DNA of 64,000 bases from a virus: positions 46,082 through 110,081 of the IMG/VR virus record IMGVR_UViG_3300033233_000015; one strand, 5' to 3'. The translations under genes were made by a program, and so were the position numbers. The notes under the pieces are model-generated. The model saw nothing but the letters and a program-made list of their open reading frames with translations, had not been told where the DNA came from and searched no databases. Numbering within the stretch: the first letter of the stretch is position 1; every line of letters starts with the position of its first letter. Shown here piece by piece: positions 19,199 to 28,766 of this stretch.

Positions 19199-19872
19199 AG
19201 CGTGCATGGATCGTCGCCGGCGGAGCGGGAATCGCCATCGCGACGGTAGCGATCGTGAGGTCTCGACACGCGCGCGCGCAGTCGAGACCAGACTTCAATC
19301 GCTCCGTGCTTGCTCGAGCCGAAAGCGATCTCGGTGTCATCGAGACGTCACCCAACAGCGGGCCACGCGTGGACGAGATGCTGAGATCGGTCGGGATCAA
19401 CGTACCCGCCAACTGGTGCGCGGCGGCCGTGTCGACATGGGTTCGGGAAGCAGCGCGCGAGCTCGGCGTTGGCGTGCCCATCGCGGGGTCTGCGAGCGTG
19501 CTTTCGATCGTTCAAGAGATGCGCGATCCGAACAACCCAAAGGTCGGATGGATCGAAACAACAGACCTGCGCGCGCATCCTGAGCGCGTGCGGCCAGGGA
19601 TGATCGTGGCGTGGACGCGCGGTCTGCCTGGCAGCGGCTTGGGACACATCGGTATCGTCGAGAGCAGCGACAGCCGAGGCGCGTTCGTACACATCGACGG
19701 CAACGCGGGCGCTAACGCTGATCGCGTCGCCAAAGGCACAAGCGATCTCTCGAGCGCGTCGCTGATCGGGATGGGGTTCTTCCGCGACATCGCTGTCGGA
19801 CTCGGCGACTACAACTTCGCGCTCGGCTACTACAACGATCCGCCGGGGGCTCTCCTTTTTCCGCTATCCTGA
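19195..19872 (+). CDS. CHAP-domain peptidoglycan hydrolase with N-terminal TM
   Basis: NSGPRVD...NWCAAAVS...GHIGIVE...IDGN. Confidence 0.85.
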   Translation: MKRAWIVAGGAGIAIATVAIVRSRHARAQSRPDFNRSVLARAESDLGVIETSPNSGPRVDEMLRSVGINVPANWCAAAVSTWVREAARELGVGVPIAGSASVLSIVQEMRDPNNPKVGWIETTDLRAHPERVRPGMIVAWTRGLPGSGLGHIGIVESSDSRGAFVHIDGNAGANADRVAKGTSDLSSASLIGMGFFRDIAVGLGDYNFALGYYNDPPGALLFPLS

Positions 19873-19877
19873 AGATC

Positions 19878-20537
19878 ATGATCGAGAAGCCCGTACCTGG
19901 CGTCCTCGCGAGACCTCACCCCGGCGGCAAACGCGGAGCGATGATCTCGCTCGACGAGACCGCGAAAGGCGCGTGGCGCGATCGGATGTCGCCGCGGCTT
20001 CGCGCGTGGGCTACGCAGCAGCTCGACAAGTGTGGCCGTCCCACGGGGAAACGCGCACGCGTGCAGTGCCTCCTCGACGCCTTCCGCAAGAAGGTGCCCT
20101 ATCTGGCCGATCCGAAGTGGGGTGAGTTCATCGCGAGCTCCGACCAGCTTCTCTGCGTGGACGAAGACAAGAACCTCTGCTTCATCGGCGCCGACTGCGA
20201 AGAGCACGCTCGAGCGATGGCGGCCCTCTGTCTCTGCATCGGGATTGACGCGATGATCGTGGGCCAGTCGTCACGAGATCCCGCCGACGTCCCCACGCAC
20301 GTCTACTTCGCGTTCAAAGACGATCTCGATTCGTGGGTCCGAGGCGACTCGACGACGACGTATCCGGTGGGCAGGGTCGCTCCGTACCTTCGCGAGTGGT
20401 GGGTCGATCCGTCCGAGGGTGTCGCTGAGGCGGGGCTCGGCGACATCGTCGTGATGGGCGCCACGGATGGTTTGCAGGATGCACCTAAAAATGGTGCGGT
20501 CTACACGGGTCGATACGCGGGGCTGTTCTCGAAATGA
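19878..20537 (+). CDS. Transglutaminase-like cysteine protease (candidate maturation protease)
   Basis: GADCEEHA...THVY...WVRGDST, Cys-His-Asp in transglutaminase order. Confidence 0.7.
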   Translation: MIEKPVPGVLARPHPGGKRGAMISLDETAKGAWRDRMSPRLRAWATQQLDKCGRPTGKRARVQCLLDAFRKKVPYLADPKWGEFIASSDQLLCVDEDKNLCFIGADCEEHARAMAALCLCIGIDAMIVGQSSRDPADVPTHVYFAFKDDLDSWVRGDSTTTYPVGRVAPYLREWWVDPSEGVAEAGLGDIVVMGATDGLQDAPKNGAVYTGRYAGLFSK

Positions 20538-20968
20538 GCCGTTCGCGGCGAAGAGTGAAAATTCTCGGTGACGACGTCGCTCTGTCGATTGTCGATCGTG
20601 AGCCGTTGGTGTTCCCTAAGGATCACGTACTCATCTTCGATCCGAGTGGGCGATCGATCGGGAAATGCTGCCTCGTCATCGGCCCCGCGCGCTTCACCAA
20701 CGATCCGATTTCTAATTTTTCCAAATTCGATCGCGGTTGGTACGGCGACGACTACGAACGTCGATTGGCTTTCGTTGACGTTCCCGAAGATCACTGGCAC
20801 TCTTTCGATCGCGTGGACGAGATCACCTACTTCCGATACGGAGAGCTCGAGGGAGATTTCACGCATCCCTTCCGCGAACCGCAGCAGCTCTTGAAGAGCA
20901 GGAAGTGGCACATGCTCGTCCTCTCGTCCGATTGCAGAATCACTCGTCGCGGGATCGAGGAACCGTGA
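20534..20968 (+). CDS. hypothetical protein
   Basis: ATGA coupling. Confidence 0.65.
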   Translation: MSRSRRRVKILGDDVALSIVDREPLVFPKDHVLIFDPSGRSIGKCCLVIGPARFTNDPISNFSKFDRGWYGDDYERRLAFVDVPEDHWHSFDRVDEITYFRYGELEGDFTHPFREPQQLLKSRKWHMLVLSSDCRITRRGIEEP

Positions 20969-22387
20969 ATGGCGTCCTACGCGGATTGGCTCTCAGAGAT
21001 GTCTCGACGGCGACCTCGCCGTCGTCGCGCTCGACGATCCGCCGCGCCCGTCGCCTCTTCCCGATCCTCTACATCCCGAACGTCGCCGAAGCGTCCTGCG
21101 AAAAAAAAGAAGACCAAGCAAACCGCCGGCTCCGGCGGACGTAAAACGAAACAAGGAGTGACCATGGCCCGTCGCCGTCGCCGAAAGCACGCCAAGAGCC
21201 CCGTCGCAGAGACCCGTCGTCGTCGCCGGCGAGCCGCAGCCCCGAAACGTCGTCGCCGTCGGGCGCGAGAAGCGGCGGTGGCGCAAGCTCCGCGTCGGCG
21301 TCGTCGCGCGCGTCGTCGCGCGGCACGGTCGTGGTTCGGCAACGCCCCCGGACATCGTCGAGCCGCGAAGAAGGGCTGGCGTAAGAAACGCAGCAGCGGT
21401 CGTCGGCGTCGAAGCCGCGAGGTGAGCGAGGCTCCGCGCCGCCGCCGCCCGAGCCGTCGTCGGGGTCGTCACTACCGAGAGGCCGCGCACGAGGCGCGTC
21501 GCGGCGGGTACTCCCGACGTCGGCGCCACGCGCGCAACAACCCGGCGATGAACGGAGGCGAGCTCGCCATCGCGTTCATCGCGGGCGGTCTCGGCTTCAC
21601 GCTCGCCGACTTCGCCGATCGGTACTTCGCCACGTACGATCCGTCGGCGACGGGCGAACTGCCGAAGGACAAGTTCACGGGCGGCAACGGCACGATGGCG
21701 AACACGCTCAACATCGCCGCGCCGCCAGGCTTCCTTCGAATCGGCGTCGGCGTCGCGCTGACGGCTCTTCCGGGGGTCGGCGCGTACCTCGTCAAGAACT
21801 CGATGGCGAAGGCCGCGCTCCACGGCATGATGATCGGCGCGGGCATCAAGCTCTTCTCGACGCTCTTCAATGCGTTCGTGATGGGCAACCTGCTCAAGCC
21901 GGGACCGCAGGACGATCCGAAGAAGTCGCTCGGAGCGCGCCTCTACCCGGCCGAGATCACCGCGGCGCAGAACATGTCGAACAGCCCCGCGACGATGGCC
22001 TCGCCGTTCAACCCCGGCCTCGCGGCTCGTCCTCAGCAACGCGACGTCGGACCCTTCGCACTCGCGCAGGATCCGAGCGCGTTCGCTCCCGCACCGAGCG
22101 CGCCGCCCGTGAACGTCGCGCCGAGCCCTCCGCCCGTGAACGTGGACAGACCGCCATCGAACGGCGGCGGTCCGCCCGTGAACGTGGACAGACCGCCATC
22201 GAACGGCGGCGGTCCGCCCGTCGTCATGAGCCCGCCCATGGGTCCGCCGCCCTCGAGCGGACCGCCCGCGCGATCGGGCGGATCCTGCCCCGCCTGCAAA
22301 GGCGAGAGCGGGGCGTGCGGCTGCCTCGGATCGCAACCTCAAGCGCAGACGAACTACGCCTACCTCGGCGTCATCAACGAATCGTGA
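20969..22387 (+). CDS. Arg-rich core-like protein fused to a membrane domain
   Basis: Long poly-Arg N-terminal region, then hydrophobic helices and a Pro-rich tail; alternative start at 21164 with AAGGAG SD. Confidence 0.75.
   Translation: MASYADWLSEMSRRRPRRRRARRSAAPVASSRSSTSRTSPKRPAKKKKTKQTAGSGGRKTKQGVTMARRRRRKHAKSPVAETRRRRRRAAAPKRRRRRAREAAVAQAPRRRRRARRRAARSWFGNAPGHRRAAKKGWRKKRSSGRRRRSREVSEAPRRRRPSRRRGRHYREAAHEARRGGYSRRRRHARNNPAMNGGELAIAFIAGGLGFTLADFADRYFATYDPSATGELPKDKFTGGNGTMANTLNIAAPPGFLRIGVGVALTALPGVGAYLVKNSMAKAALHGMMIGAGIKLFSTLFNAFVMGNLLKPGPQDDPKKSLGARLYPAEITAAQNMSNSPATMASPFNPGLAARPQQRDVGPFALAQDPSAFAPAPSAPPVNVAPSPPPVNVDRPPSNGGGPPVNVDRPPSNGGGPPVVMSPPMGPPPSSGPPARSGGSCPACKGESGACGCLGSQPQAQTNYAYLGVINES
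22130..22213 (+). repeat. Perfect 42-bp tandem duplication (PPVNVDRPPSNGGG x2)
   Basis: 22130-22171 is identical to 22172-22213. Confidence 0.9.
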
Positions 22388-22443
22388 TGGAGAGAGCCTG
22401 CGGCTGACCGACTGAAACGGCAGGCTCGGAAAGAAAGACGACC

Positions 22444-23694
22444 ATGGAAGCTCAAGTGAAGAAGTCGATGACGAAAGCTCGGTTCGGCCAGGACCGCGAT
22501 CGGGTGAAGCGCGTTCCCTTCGGTCTCGGCGACGCGCCAAGCTCCGACGCGCTCAACAAGACGCTCCGTTGCTCCTTCGGCAACGTGCCCGTCATCGAGG
22601 AGGTCGTTTGGACGATTCCTCTCCCGCTCTCCGAAGCGGAAGCGCAGAGCACGTTCGGCGACATCATCAACGTGCTCACCTCGCAGGCGAACGTGCCGGG
22701 TGTCGCGTCGATCGACTCGACGTTCCTGCTCAACGGCATCCTGCAGACGGACCTCTACACGCAGGGCGTCGGCGTGCACGTCTTCTGCGAGCCGATGCAG
22801 CTCGCGACGATCGGCAACGCTTGGACGTCGCCGCCCACGGCCGGCGCCGTTCCGCCGCCGTCCCCCGACGTCTTCACGCTGAACGATGTCGCCGGCGGCG
22901 CGCTCGGTCTCGCGCAAGGCACCACGATGGTGCCCGCCGCCTTCGATTGGGGCGGCGAGGTGTGGCGCGCGGGCTGGAACTTCATCAACGCGTACCAGTT
23001 CCAGTGGAAGACGAGCCAGCGCGAGCTCGTCTTGAACGAGCTGGCGGCCGACGTCTCGTACTTCGGCAGCTTCGCGGACGCGGAGGCGGCGGGCACCAGC
23101 GAGTTCCCGATCGCGGAGCTCGTCGCGCGCACGAACGCCGTCTACCGCTCGAAGGCGTCGGGGTTCACCTTCCTCCCCGTGAACTTCCGCCGCGTCGGAA
23201 GCGTCACGGTGGCGGCGGCCAACGTCGGCATCTTCCACCCGACGCGCGACTTCGACCTCGCGCCCGTCACCTGGGGCGGTCTCCGCTGGCAGGGGTACGG
23301 CTGCAAGGGTCAGATGTACCGGATGATCGAGAACCCGTGCTTCCTCGAGCGCGCGATTCCGATCGGCATGCAGTTCATCGTGCAGGATCCGGTGCACCAG
23401 GCCGCGATGCTCGAAGCGCTCACGATGGACAACTCGCTGCTCGGGACGAACATCAGCCCCGACACGAACATCAGCTGCGCGAACACGACGACGGGCGCGA
23501 ACGTCATGCTCGAGCAGACGCTCGACTCGCCGCCCGTGAACACGCCGCAGCAGGTGACGCTCTGCCGTCAGGTCTTCAAGGGCGGCATCCTCAAGATCGG
23601 CATCAAGCTCAAGGGGTGGGAGTTCCCCGCTCCGTGGCGTCTCTGGTGCCAGCAGAACGCGCCGCAGCTCGTCTCCTGCCCCGCGCAGAGCTGA
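22444..23694 (+). CDS. Putative major capsid protein
   Basis: 416 aa, beta-rich, very strong codon bias, follows the core-like gene, followed by a strong hairpin; fold not verified. Confidence 0.6.
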   Translation: MEAQVKKSMTKARFGQDRDRVKRVPFGLGDAPSSDALNKTLRCSFGNVPVIEEVVWTIPLPLSEAEAQSTFGDIINVLTSQANVPGVASIDSTFLLNGILQTDLYTQGVGVHVFCEPMQLATIGNAWTSPPTAGAVPPPSPDVFTLNDVAGGALGLAQGTTMVPAAFDWGGEVWRAGWNFINAYQFQWKTSQRELVLNELAADVSYFGSFADAEAAGTSEFPIAELVARTNAVYRSKASGFTFLPVNFRRVGSVTVAAANVGIFHPTRDFDLAPVTWGGLRWQGYGCKGQMYRMIENPCFLERAIPIGMQFIVQDPVHQAAMLEALTMDNSLLGTNISPDTNISCANTTTGANVMLEQTLDSPPVNTPQQVTLCRQVFKGGILKIGIKLKGWEFPAPWRLWCQQNAPQLVSCPAQS

Positions 23695-23715
23695 GCCAAG
23701 CAGCGTGACTAGACC

Positions 23716-23751
23716 GCGACGGGCGGCGCGGATTTCTGCGCCGCCCGTTGC
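23716..23751 (+). terminator. GC-rich hairpin after the capsid candidate (attenuator/terminator)
   Basis: GCGACGGGCGGCGCGG-ATTTC-TGCGCCGCCCGTTGC, weak U tail. Confidence 0.65.
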
Positions 23752-23768
23752 CGTTTCAGGAGAGCCCG

Positions 23769-24455
23769 ATGCTGCCGCGTGACCTCCAGATAAAGAATCT
23801 CGCTTGGATCTCCCCCAAGATCGCCTACGGTCTCGTGGCGCAGGTTCCCCGTGTGCCGTTCGTCGGTCCCATCACGACGAACCCCGGCGTTCCGTCGCCC
23901 GTCGTACCGATTCAGTTCACCGCGAACTGGCTCGCTCCGCCCGCGCTGCCTCCGGGCAATCCGCCGAACAACATCGGCATCAACCCGATCATCCAAGGCA
24001 CGCTTCAGAACAACGTGACGCAGGACACGCTGATCGAGCGCATCGTGTACTCGCTCTGGCAACCGAACGCGTTCTCGACGCCGCCGTCTCCGTTCCAGAC
24101 GCTATACCTGTCGCAGCTCAAGAGCTCCACGGGCGTCGATGTCCTGCTCGATGTCTACGGAAGCCCGAAGTACCGCGTGTGCGACTTCTTGCCGCTCGAG
24201 AACCTCGCTGACGTGCTCGCCGTCACGTGGCCCAACGGATGGCCGCTGCGCAAGCAGGAGAACGTCAAAGTGCAGGCCGTGCTCACCAGACCGCAGCCCG
24301 GAACGGTCGAAGCCCCCGTCGGCATCCCGTACTTCGTGAACATGGCGCTCGTCGGATGGCAGTTCGTCGGGAAGGAGATCGACGACATGTCCGACGACGA
24401 GGCGCGTCGGCGTCTCAAAGCGATGGGGATCGAAGTCCCTGAGGTGCCGCGATGA
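23769..24455 (+). CDS. Putative capsid protein, paralog A
   Basis: AGGAG SD; alignable end to end with 24452..25075. Confidence 0.65.
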   Translation: MLPRDLQIKNLAWISPKIAYGLVAQVPRVPFVGPITTNPGVPSPVVPIQFTANWLAPPALPPGNPPNNIGINPIIQGTLQNNVTQDTLIERIVYSLWQPNAFSTPPSPFQTLYLSQLKSSTGVDVLLDVYGSPKYRVCDFLPLENLADVLAVTWPNGWPLRKQENVKVQAVLTRPQPGTVEAPVGIPYFVNMALVGWQFVGKEIDDMSDDEARRRLKAMGIEVPEVPR

Positions 24456-25075
24456 TCGACCGCGACTACAACGTGAAGAACTTGGCGCTCTACGCGCCGC
24501 GCGTCGCGTGGGCGATGATCGCGGGCATTCCGCGCGTCGCGTTCGCGGTGGACGTGCCGATTCAGTTCTCGTCGGCGACCGTCAACGCTCCCCCCGTCGT
24601 CGGGAGCTTTCAGAACTCGCTCACGCAGGACACCGTCATCGAACGTGTCTCGTTCTCGCTCTTCCAGCAGAACACGTTTCCGGGCTCTCCCTTCCAGACG
24701 CTCTACTTCGCGATGGCGAAGGCGATCAGTGGCGTCGGCGTGCAGATGAGCGTCTACGGGGGGCCGAAGTACAACGTGAACGACACGTTCACGGCGCTAG
24801 AGAACATGGCCGACGTGCTCGCGATCACGTGGCCGAGCGGATGGCCGCTCTACAAGGGCAGCAACGTCAAGGTGACGGCGGCGCTCCTCCAGACGCCGTT
24901 CTCGACGCCGTACGACGTGAACCTCACGTTCCTTGGCTGGCAGTTTCTCGACGCCGAGCTCGACGCGATGAGCGACTCGGAAGCTCGTCGTCGTTTGCGG
25001 GCGCTCGGACTCGAGTCACCCGATCTCGCATCGCTCATCGGATCAGGGGGCGCGACGGCGCCACACAAGGAGTGA
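24452..25075 (+). CDS. Putative capsid protein, paralog B
   Basis: Shares QNxxTQDTxIER, SPFQTLY, LENxADVLAxTWPxGWPL, GWQF, MSDxEARRRL with paralog A. Confidence 0.65.
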   Translation: MIDRDYNVKNLALYAPRVAWAMIAGIPRVAFAVDVPIQFSSATVNAPPVVGSFQNSLTQDTVIERVSFSLFQQNTFPGSPFQTLYFAMAKAISGVGVQMSVYGGPKYNVNDTFTALENMADVLAITWPSGWPLYKGSNVKVTAALLQTPFSTPYDVNLTFLGWQFLDAELDAMSDSEARRRLRALGLESPDLASLIGSGGATAPHKE

Positions 25076-25078
25076 GTC

Positions 25079-25561
25079 ATGGCATTTCGAATCGGTAGAA
25101 AGCACGCGCAGCACACGTACCCGGAGCCGAACAGGGGCAGCCAGGCGTTGTCGCTGGCACATGGGTGGGCGGACAACCCGACCGACGTAGCGATCGGGGT
25201 GGGAAATACCACCGTCGCGAGCGTGCCCGTAACCCCCAAAGTCACCGGCAAGTTTCGTGTGACGGCGACGTTCACGCCGACGAACACGGACACGGGCGTG
25301 CCGCACAACATCGTGCCGCTTCTGCGCCACGCGGGAGCACCGCCCGTCACCGACTACACGCCGGGGACGCCTACGCGCCTCGAAGTGGCGGCCGCGGGCA
25401 ACGAGGCCATCGCGACGGGCGCGTTCACGTTCGAGTACACCGTCGCGTTTCCGGTAGGTCAACCGGTCACGCTTCTCCTCACGCTCTCGGACGCGGCCTC
25501 GCCTGGGGTGACGGTCTTCGCGCACTCCGCGCAGCTCCTCGTCGAAGAAGTGGGGAACTGA
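25079..25561 (+). CDS. beta-rich putative virion protein
   Basis: AAGGAG SD; N-terminal GRKHAQHTYP motif. Confidence 0.65.
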   Translation: MAFRIGRKHAQHTYPEPNRGSQALSLAHGWADNPTDVAIGVGNTTVASVPVTPKVTGKFRVTATFTPTNTDTGVPHNIVPLLRHAGAPPVTDYTPGTPTRLEVAAAGNEAIATGAFTFEYTVAFPVGQPVTLLLTLSDAASPGVTVFAHSAQLLVEEVGN

Positions 25562-25574
25562 GGTCCACGCTCGC

Positions 25575-26453
25575 ATGAACAACGTCATTCGCCTTCAAGA
25601 CAAGCGCGGCGGTGTGGGGACGAACCTCCCCGGCGCGGCGGTGTGTCGAGGGCGATACGAAATCGTGTCCGCGTCGCTCGATCCCGATCTCGCGTTCATC
25701 GGAAGCGATCCGTACAACACGAGCGACTTCACGGGCGTCATCGTTCCTGCGGTGCCGTCGTCCTTTCTTGGCACCGGTCAGCGCTATCTCTTCATGCTCG
25801 CGCGCGCGCAGTTCAGTTCGGGACAAGAGGGGGTTCATCTAGTTGGTGTCCGCCTCTACGCTGATCTCGTCGCGCGCGTTCCGCAAGAGGACGCTCCCAC
25901 GCTCGTCTTTCACAAGGAGATCACGCACCCGATGTTCCATCCACCCGATGGCAACATCTCGTTCCATGTGATGGTCCTCGACAAGACGTGGCGCGACAGA
26001 AGGAACGCGTTCAACGCAGACACGAGGACGTTCCAAGACAGCTTCTCTCCATCGCTGCTCTTTCAGACGCCCGAAGCTGCGGGCTACACGCCGCCGAACG
26101 GCGGACGAGCCTGGGGAACTCCGCTCGACGCCTCACTCGGCAACATCCACGAGCTCCGATGGCCGTGGCGAGACAGCAAGATCGAGCACACCCTGCGCGT
26201 GCCCATCCCCATCCCGAGCGACATCGCCATCTTCGCGTCGGTCAGGCAGAACGATCCCGCTATGAACCCGAGCGCGGCCGGGTTGTCCGCGCAGCAGTTC
26301 GCGGCGCTCGATCCTGAGGAGCAGTTCCTCACTTCGTTCTTTACGGTCGCGCAGTACGGGCGCATCTCCGCATCGCTCGTCTTCGAGGGGGATTCGTTTT
26401 TGTACGGCAGCGAGGGATGCAAGTCCGAGGACTCGCGGGAGAAGTGCCGATGA
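25575..26453 (+). CDS. putative virion protein
   Basis: Long ORF in the structural operon. Confidence 0.65.
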   Translation: MNNVIRLQDKRGGVGTNLPGAAVCRGRYEIVSASLDPDLAFIGSDPYNTSDFTGVIVPAVPSSFLGTGQRYLFMLARAQFSSGQEGVHLVGVRLYADLVARVPQEDAPTLVFHKEITHPMFHPPDGNISFHVMVLDKTWRDRRNAFNADTRTFQDSFSPSLLFQTPEAAGYTPPNGGRAWGTPLDASLGNIHELRWPWRDSKIEHTLRVPIPIPSDIAIFASVRQNDPAMNPSAAGLSAQQFAALDPEEQFLTSFFTVAQYGRISASLVFEGDSFLYGSEGCKSEDSREKCR

Positions 26454-27082
26454 GGTGCCCGTACGTGCAGAACATGGTGACGGGGCAGGTCGAGAGCGAA
26501 CCTGCTGGACCCAATGATGCGGGCATCGAGCGTTCGCTCCGATGTTTCGCCGAGTACATCAACAGCATGGGGCTCGGAGACGGAGGAAACATGATTTCGT
26601 ACGGTGGACGCCCCGTAGCGGGCTTCGGTGTGCTCGACAACCTCGGCCTCTCGGGTGCCGACATCTACAACGCTCTGTCCAGCGATCAGCGGACGTGGCT
26701 CGCCTCGGCGATGCAGACGTTCGAAGGAGCTCGCAGGGACGCTGGCGCGTCGGCGTGCCCGGAGTGGCCGCAGACGTTTCAGACGGTCGCGGACTTCCAG
26801 GCAGCCGTCGCGTGCACGCAGGCGTGGATCAACGCCGGCAACCCCGGCCTTCTTCGCACCGACGGCGTCATGGACGAATCCACGCTCTGCGCGATCCAGT
26901 TCGAGGCGTACAAGATGCCCCCCTACGCGCAGAACAGATTCCCCGATCCGTCGGGCAAGTTCTGCAAGTCGATGACGACGACGGAGAAGAAGTCGAACAC
27001 CGTCTACTACGTCGCTGGCGGCGTCGCGGCGGCGCTGGCCGTCGGCGCGGCGATCGTCTACTCGAGAAAGCGAGCTGCGTGA
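26450..27082 (+). CDS. tail-anchored protein with peptidoglycan-binding-like motif
   Basis: QAWIN...LRTDGVMDESTLCAI; GGRPVAGFGV motif; C-terminal TM-RKR. Confidence 0.65.
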   Translation: MRCPYVQNMVTGQVESEPAGPNDAGIERSLRCFAEYINSMGLGDGGNMISYGGRPVAGFGVLDNLGLSGADIYNALSSDQRTWLASAMQTFEGARRDAGASACPEWPQTFQTVADFQAAVACTQAWINAGNPGLLRTDGVMDESTLCAIQFEAYKMPPYAQNRFPDPSGKFCKSMTTTEKKSNTVYYVAGGVAAALAVGAAIVYSRKRAA

Positions 27083-28233
27083 TGCTCGACTACAAGGTCC
27101 GTCATGGCGACTCGCCCGCCGCCATCGCGCGCCGCTACGGCGTGTCGGTGACCTCGCTCGTCGGGGCGAACCCGCAGAAGCACACGACCGTCGTCGCGGG
27201 TCAGCAGACGTGGCGCTCCTTGCACATCGGAGAGGTCGTGCGCGTTCCGTCGGCTCGAGTCGGGCTCGCGGGACAGACTTCGGTGGACGTCGGTGCGTCA
27301 CCCATCGGATCGAAGACGCCGACGATCACCGCGTTCATTACGAACTCGGATCAAGCAACCATCGGCGGCGACGTGCAGTTCTTCGTGGACGGGAACTTCG
27401 TTGGCGCCGCTTCGGTCATCCCTCAAGGCGGCGGCAGTTCGACCGCAAGCGTGACCCTCGCCGACGAGCTCTCGCCCGGTAACCACACGTTCGATGCCGC
27501 GTACTCGGGAGATCCTTCGAACGACGCGGGCCGAGGATCGGTGACGTTCTCGGTCGCAGGCGGCGGTGGCGGAGGCGGCGGAGGTCGCTACTCGAGCACG
27601 ATCGTCGCTGCCGCGCAGGCGCTCGACGCGCAACTCGTCGCGAAAGGCTGCTGCGGCTGCGGCGATGCGGCGTCTGCCCTCAGCGCAGTGGTCATGGCCT
27701 TCAAGAGATCGATCCTCACGAACCCCTCGCAGTGGGGCGTCCCTGGCATCGGAAACGCTGCCACCGTGACGGGCAGCACGATCGACGTCTCGAACGATCA
27801 GTGTCAGCACGCGTTCGGCAACGGCACGATCAACGATCTGCGTGCCGTGCTCGGATCGGGCATGCGGTACTCAGGCGGTCCGTGCGCGACGTGGAACGGA
27901 GCAGGTAACTGCCCGTGCACGAACACGGGCTCGAACTGCGGACAGCAGCCGCCTTCGCAGACGTTCCCGTGTCCGGCAGGAACCGTCAAAGAGGGTCAGC
28001 AGGTCGCGAACATCCTCACCGACTGCGGCGGCCCGAAGCAGCCTCCGCGCGGCTGCTCGACGAACAACCCCTGCCCGTCAGGTCAGCAGTGCCAAAGCGG
28101 CCAGTGCATCACGCCTCCGAGCTCGGGCGGAGGCGGCGGAAGCGCGGGCGCGCTTCTCGCTGGCGTCCTGCTCGTTGGCGGCGGCATCGCAGCCACCACG
28201 ATCGCCATGAAGAGAAAGAAGCGTCACCCGTGA
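27082..28233 (+). CDS. LysM + Ig-like + Cys-rich tail-anchored protein
   Basis: YKVRHGDSPAAIARRYGV (LysM); GDVQFFVDG...GNHTFDAAYSGD (Big-like); TM-KRKKR. Confidence 0.8.
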   Translation: MLDYKVRHGDSPAAIARRYGVSVTSLVGANPQKHTTVVAGQQTWRSLHIGEVVRVPSARVGLAGQTSVDVGASPIGSKTPTITAFITNSDQATIGGDVQFFVDGNFVGAASVIPQGGGSSTASVTLADELSPGNHTFDAAYSGDPSNDAGRGSVTFSVAGGGGGGGGGRYSSTIVAAAQALDAQLVAKGCCGCGDAASALSAVVMAFKRSILTNPSQWGVPGIGNAATVTGSTIDVSNDQCQHAFGNGTINDLRAVLGSGMRYSGGPCATWNGAGNCPCTNTGSNCGQQPPSQTFPCPAGTVKEGQQVANILTDCGGPKQPPRGCSTNNPCPSGQQCQSGQCITPPSSGGGGGSAGALLAGVLLVGGGIAATTIAMKRKKRHP

Positions 28234-28418
28234 AGAAGACCGTTCACGAAGAGACGATCTGCTGCAACTCGAAGCGTTGCCCAACGCTTCGCGTCTTCGA
28301 AGATGGATCGATCGAGATCCGCGACAACGACGCAGAGAACGAGTCAGTCGGCGTGGTGAAGTTTGATCGCGAGCAGGCGCTTCTGCTCGCGAAACGGATC
28401 GTGGAGAAGAGCGGATGA
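28230..28418 (+). CDS. small hypothetical protein
   Basis: GTGA coupling, CCNSKRCP. Confidence 0.55.
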   Translation: MKKTVHEETICCNSKRCPTLRVFEDGSIEIRDNDAENESVGVVKFDREQALLLAKRIVEKSG

Positions 28419-28442
28419 CGTACGAAGTAAGGAGATCCTGAG

Positions 28443-28766
28443 ATGACGTACGTCGCGCTCATCGGTCTCGTGCTCGTCCTCGTGCGGAGCTCGATCTTCA
28501 ATCGGCTCAGGCCGAAGCTGAAGATTCTCGCATGCGCGCAATGCACCGGATGGTGGGTGGGCCTCTTCGCGTGGAAACTGGTCCCGTCCGTCTCGGACAT
28601 CTCGTTCATGGGTGTGCGTTACGTCGACGCCCTCGTGAGCGCGTTCTCGATGAGCGCGATGGCCTTCCTAGCGAACTCGGTTCTCACGCATCTCGTGGGT
28701 GAGGTGCTGACCGTCTCAGAAGCGGAGAAGAAACATGCGACGCAAGCTGACAACGCTCAGAAGTAA
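28443..28766 (+). CDS. DUF1360-like membrane protein
   Basis: AAGGAG SD; LACAQCTGWWVG, multiple TM. Confidence 0.6.
   Translation: MTYVALIGLVLVLVRSSIFNRLRPKLKILACAQCTGWWVGLFAWKLVPSVSDISFMGVRYVDALVSAFSMSAMAFLANSVLTHLVGEVLTVSEAEKKHATQADNAQK

Noticed and set aside
22569-23708. 379-aa alternative-frame ORF over the capsid candidate
   Set aside because: Arg/Ala/Gly-rich by-product of strong GC3 bias; no SD or motif, unlike the MTase beta frame
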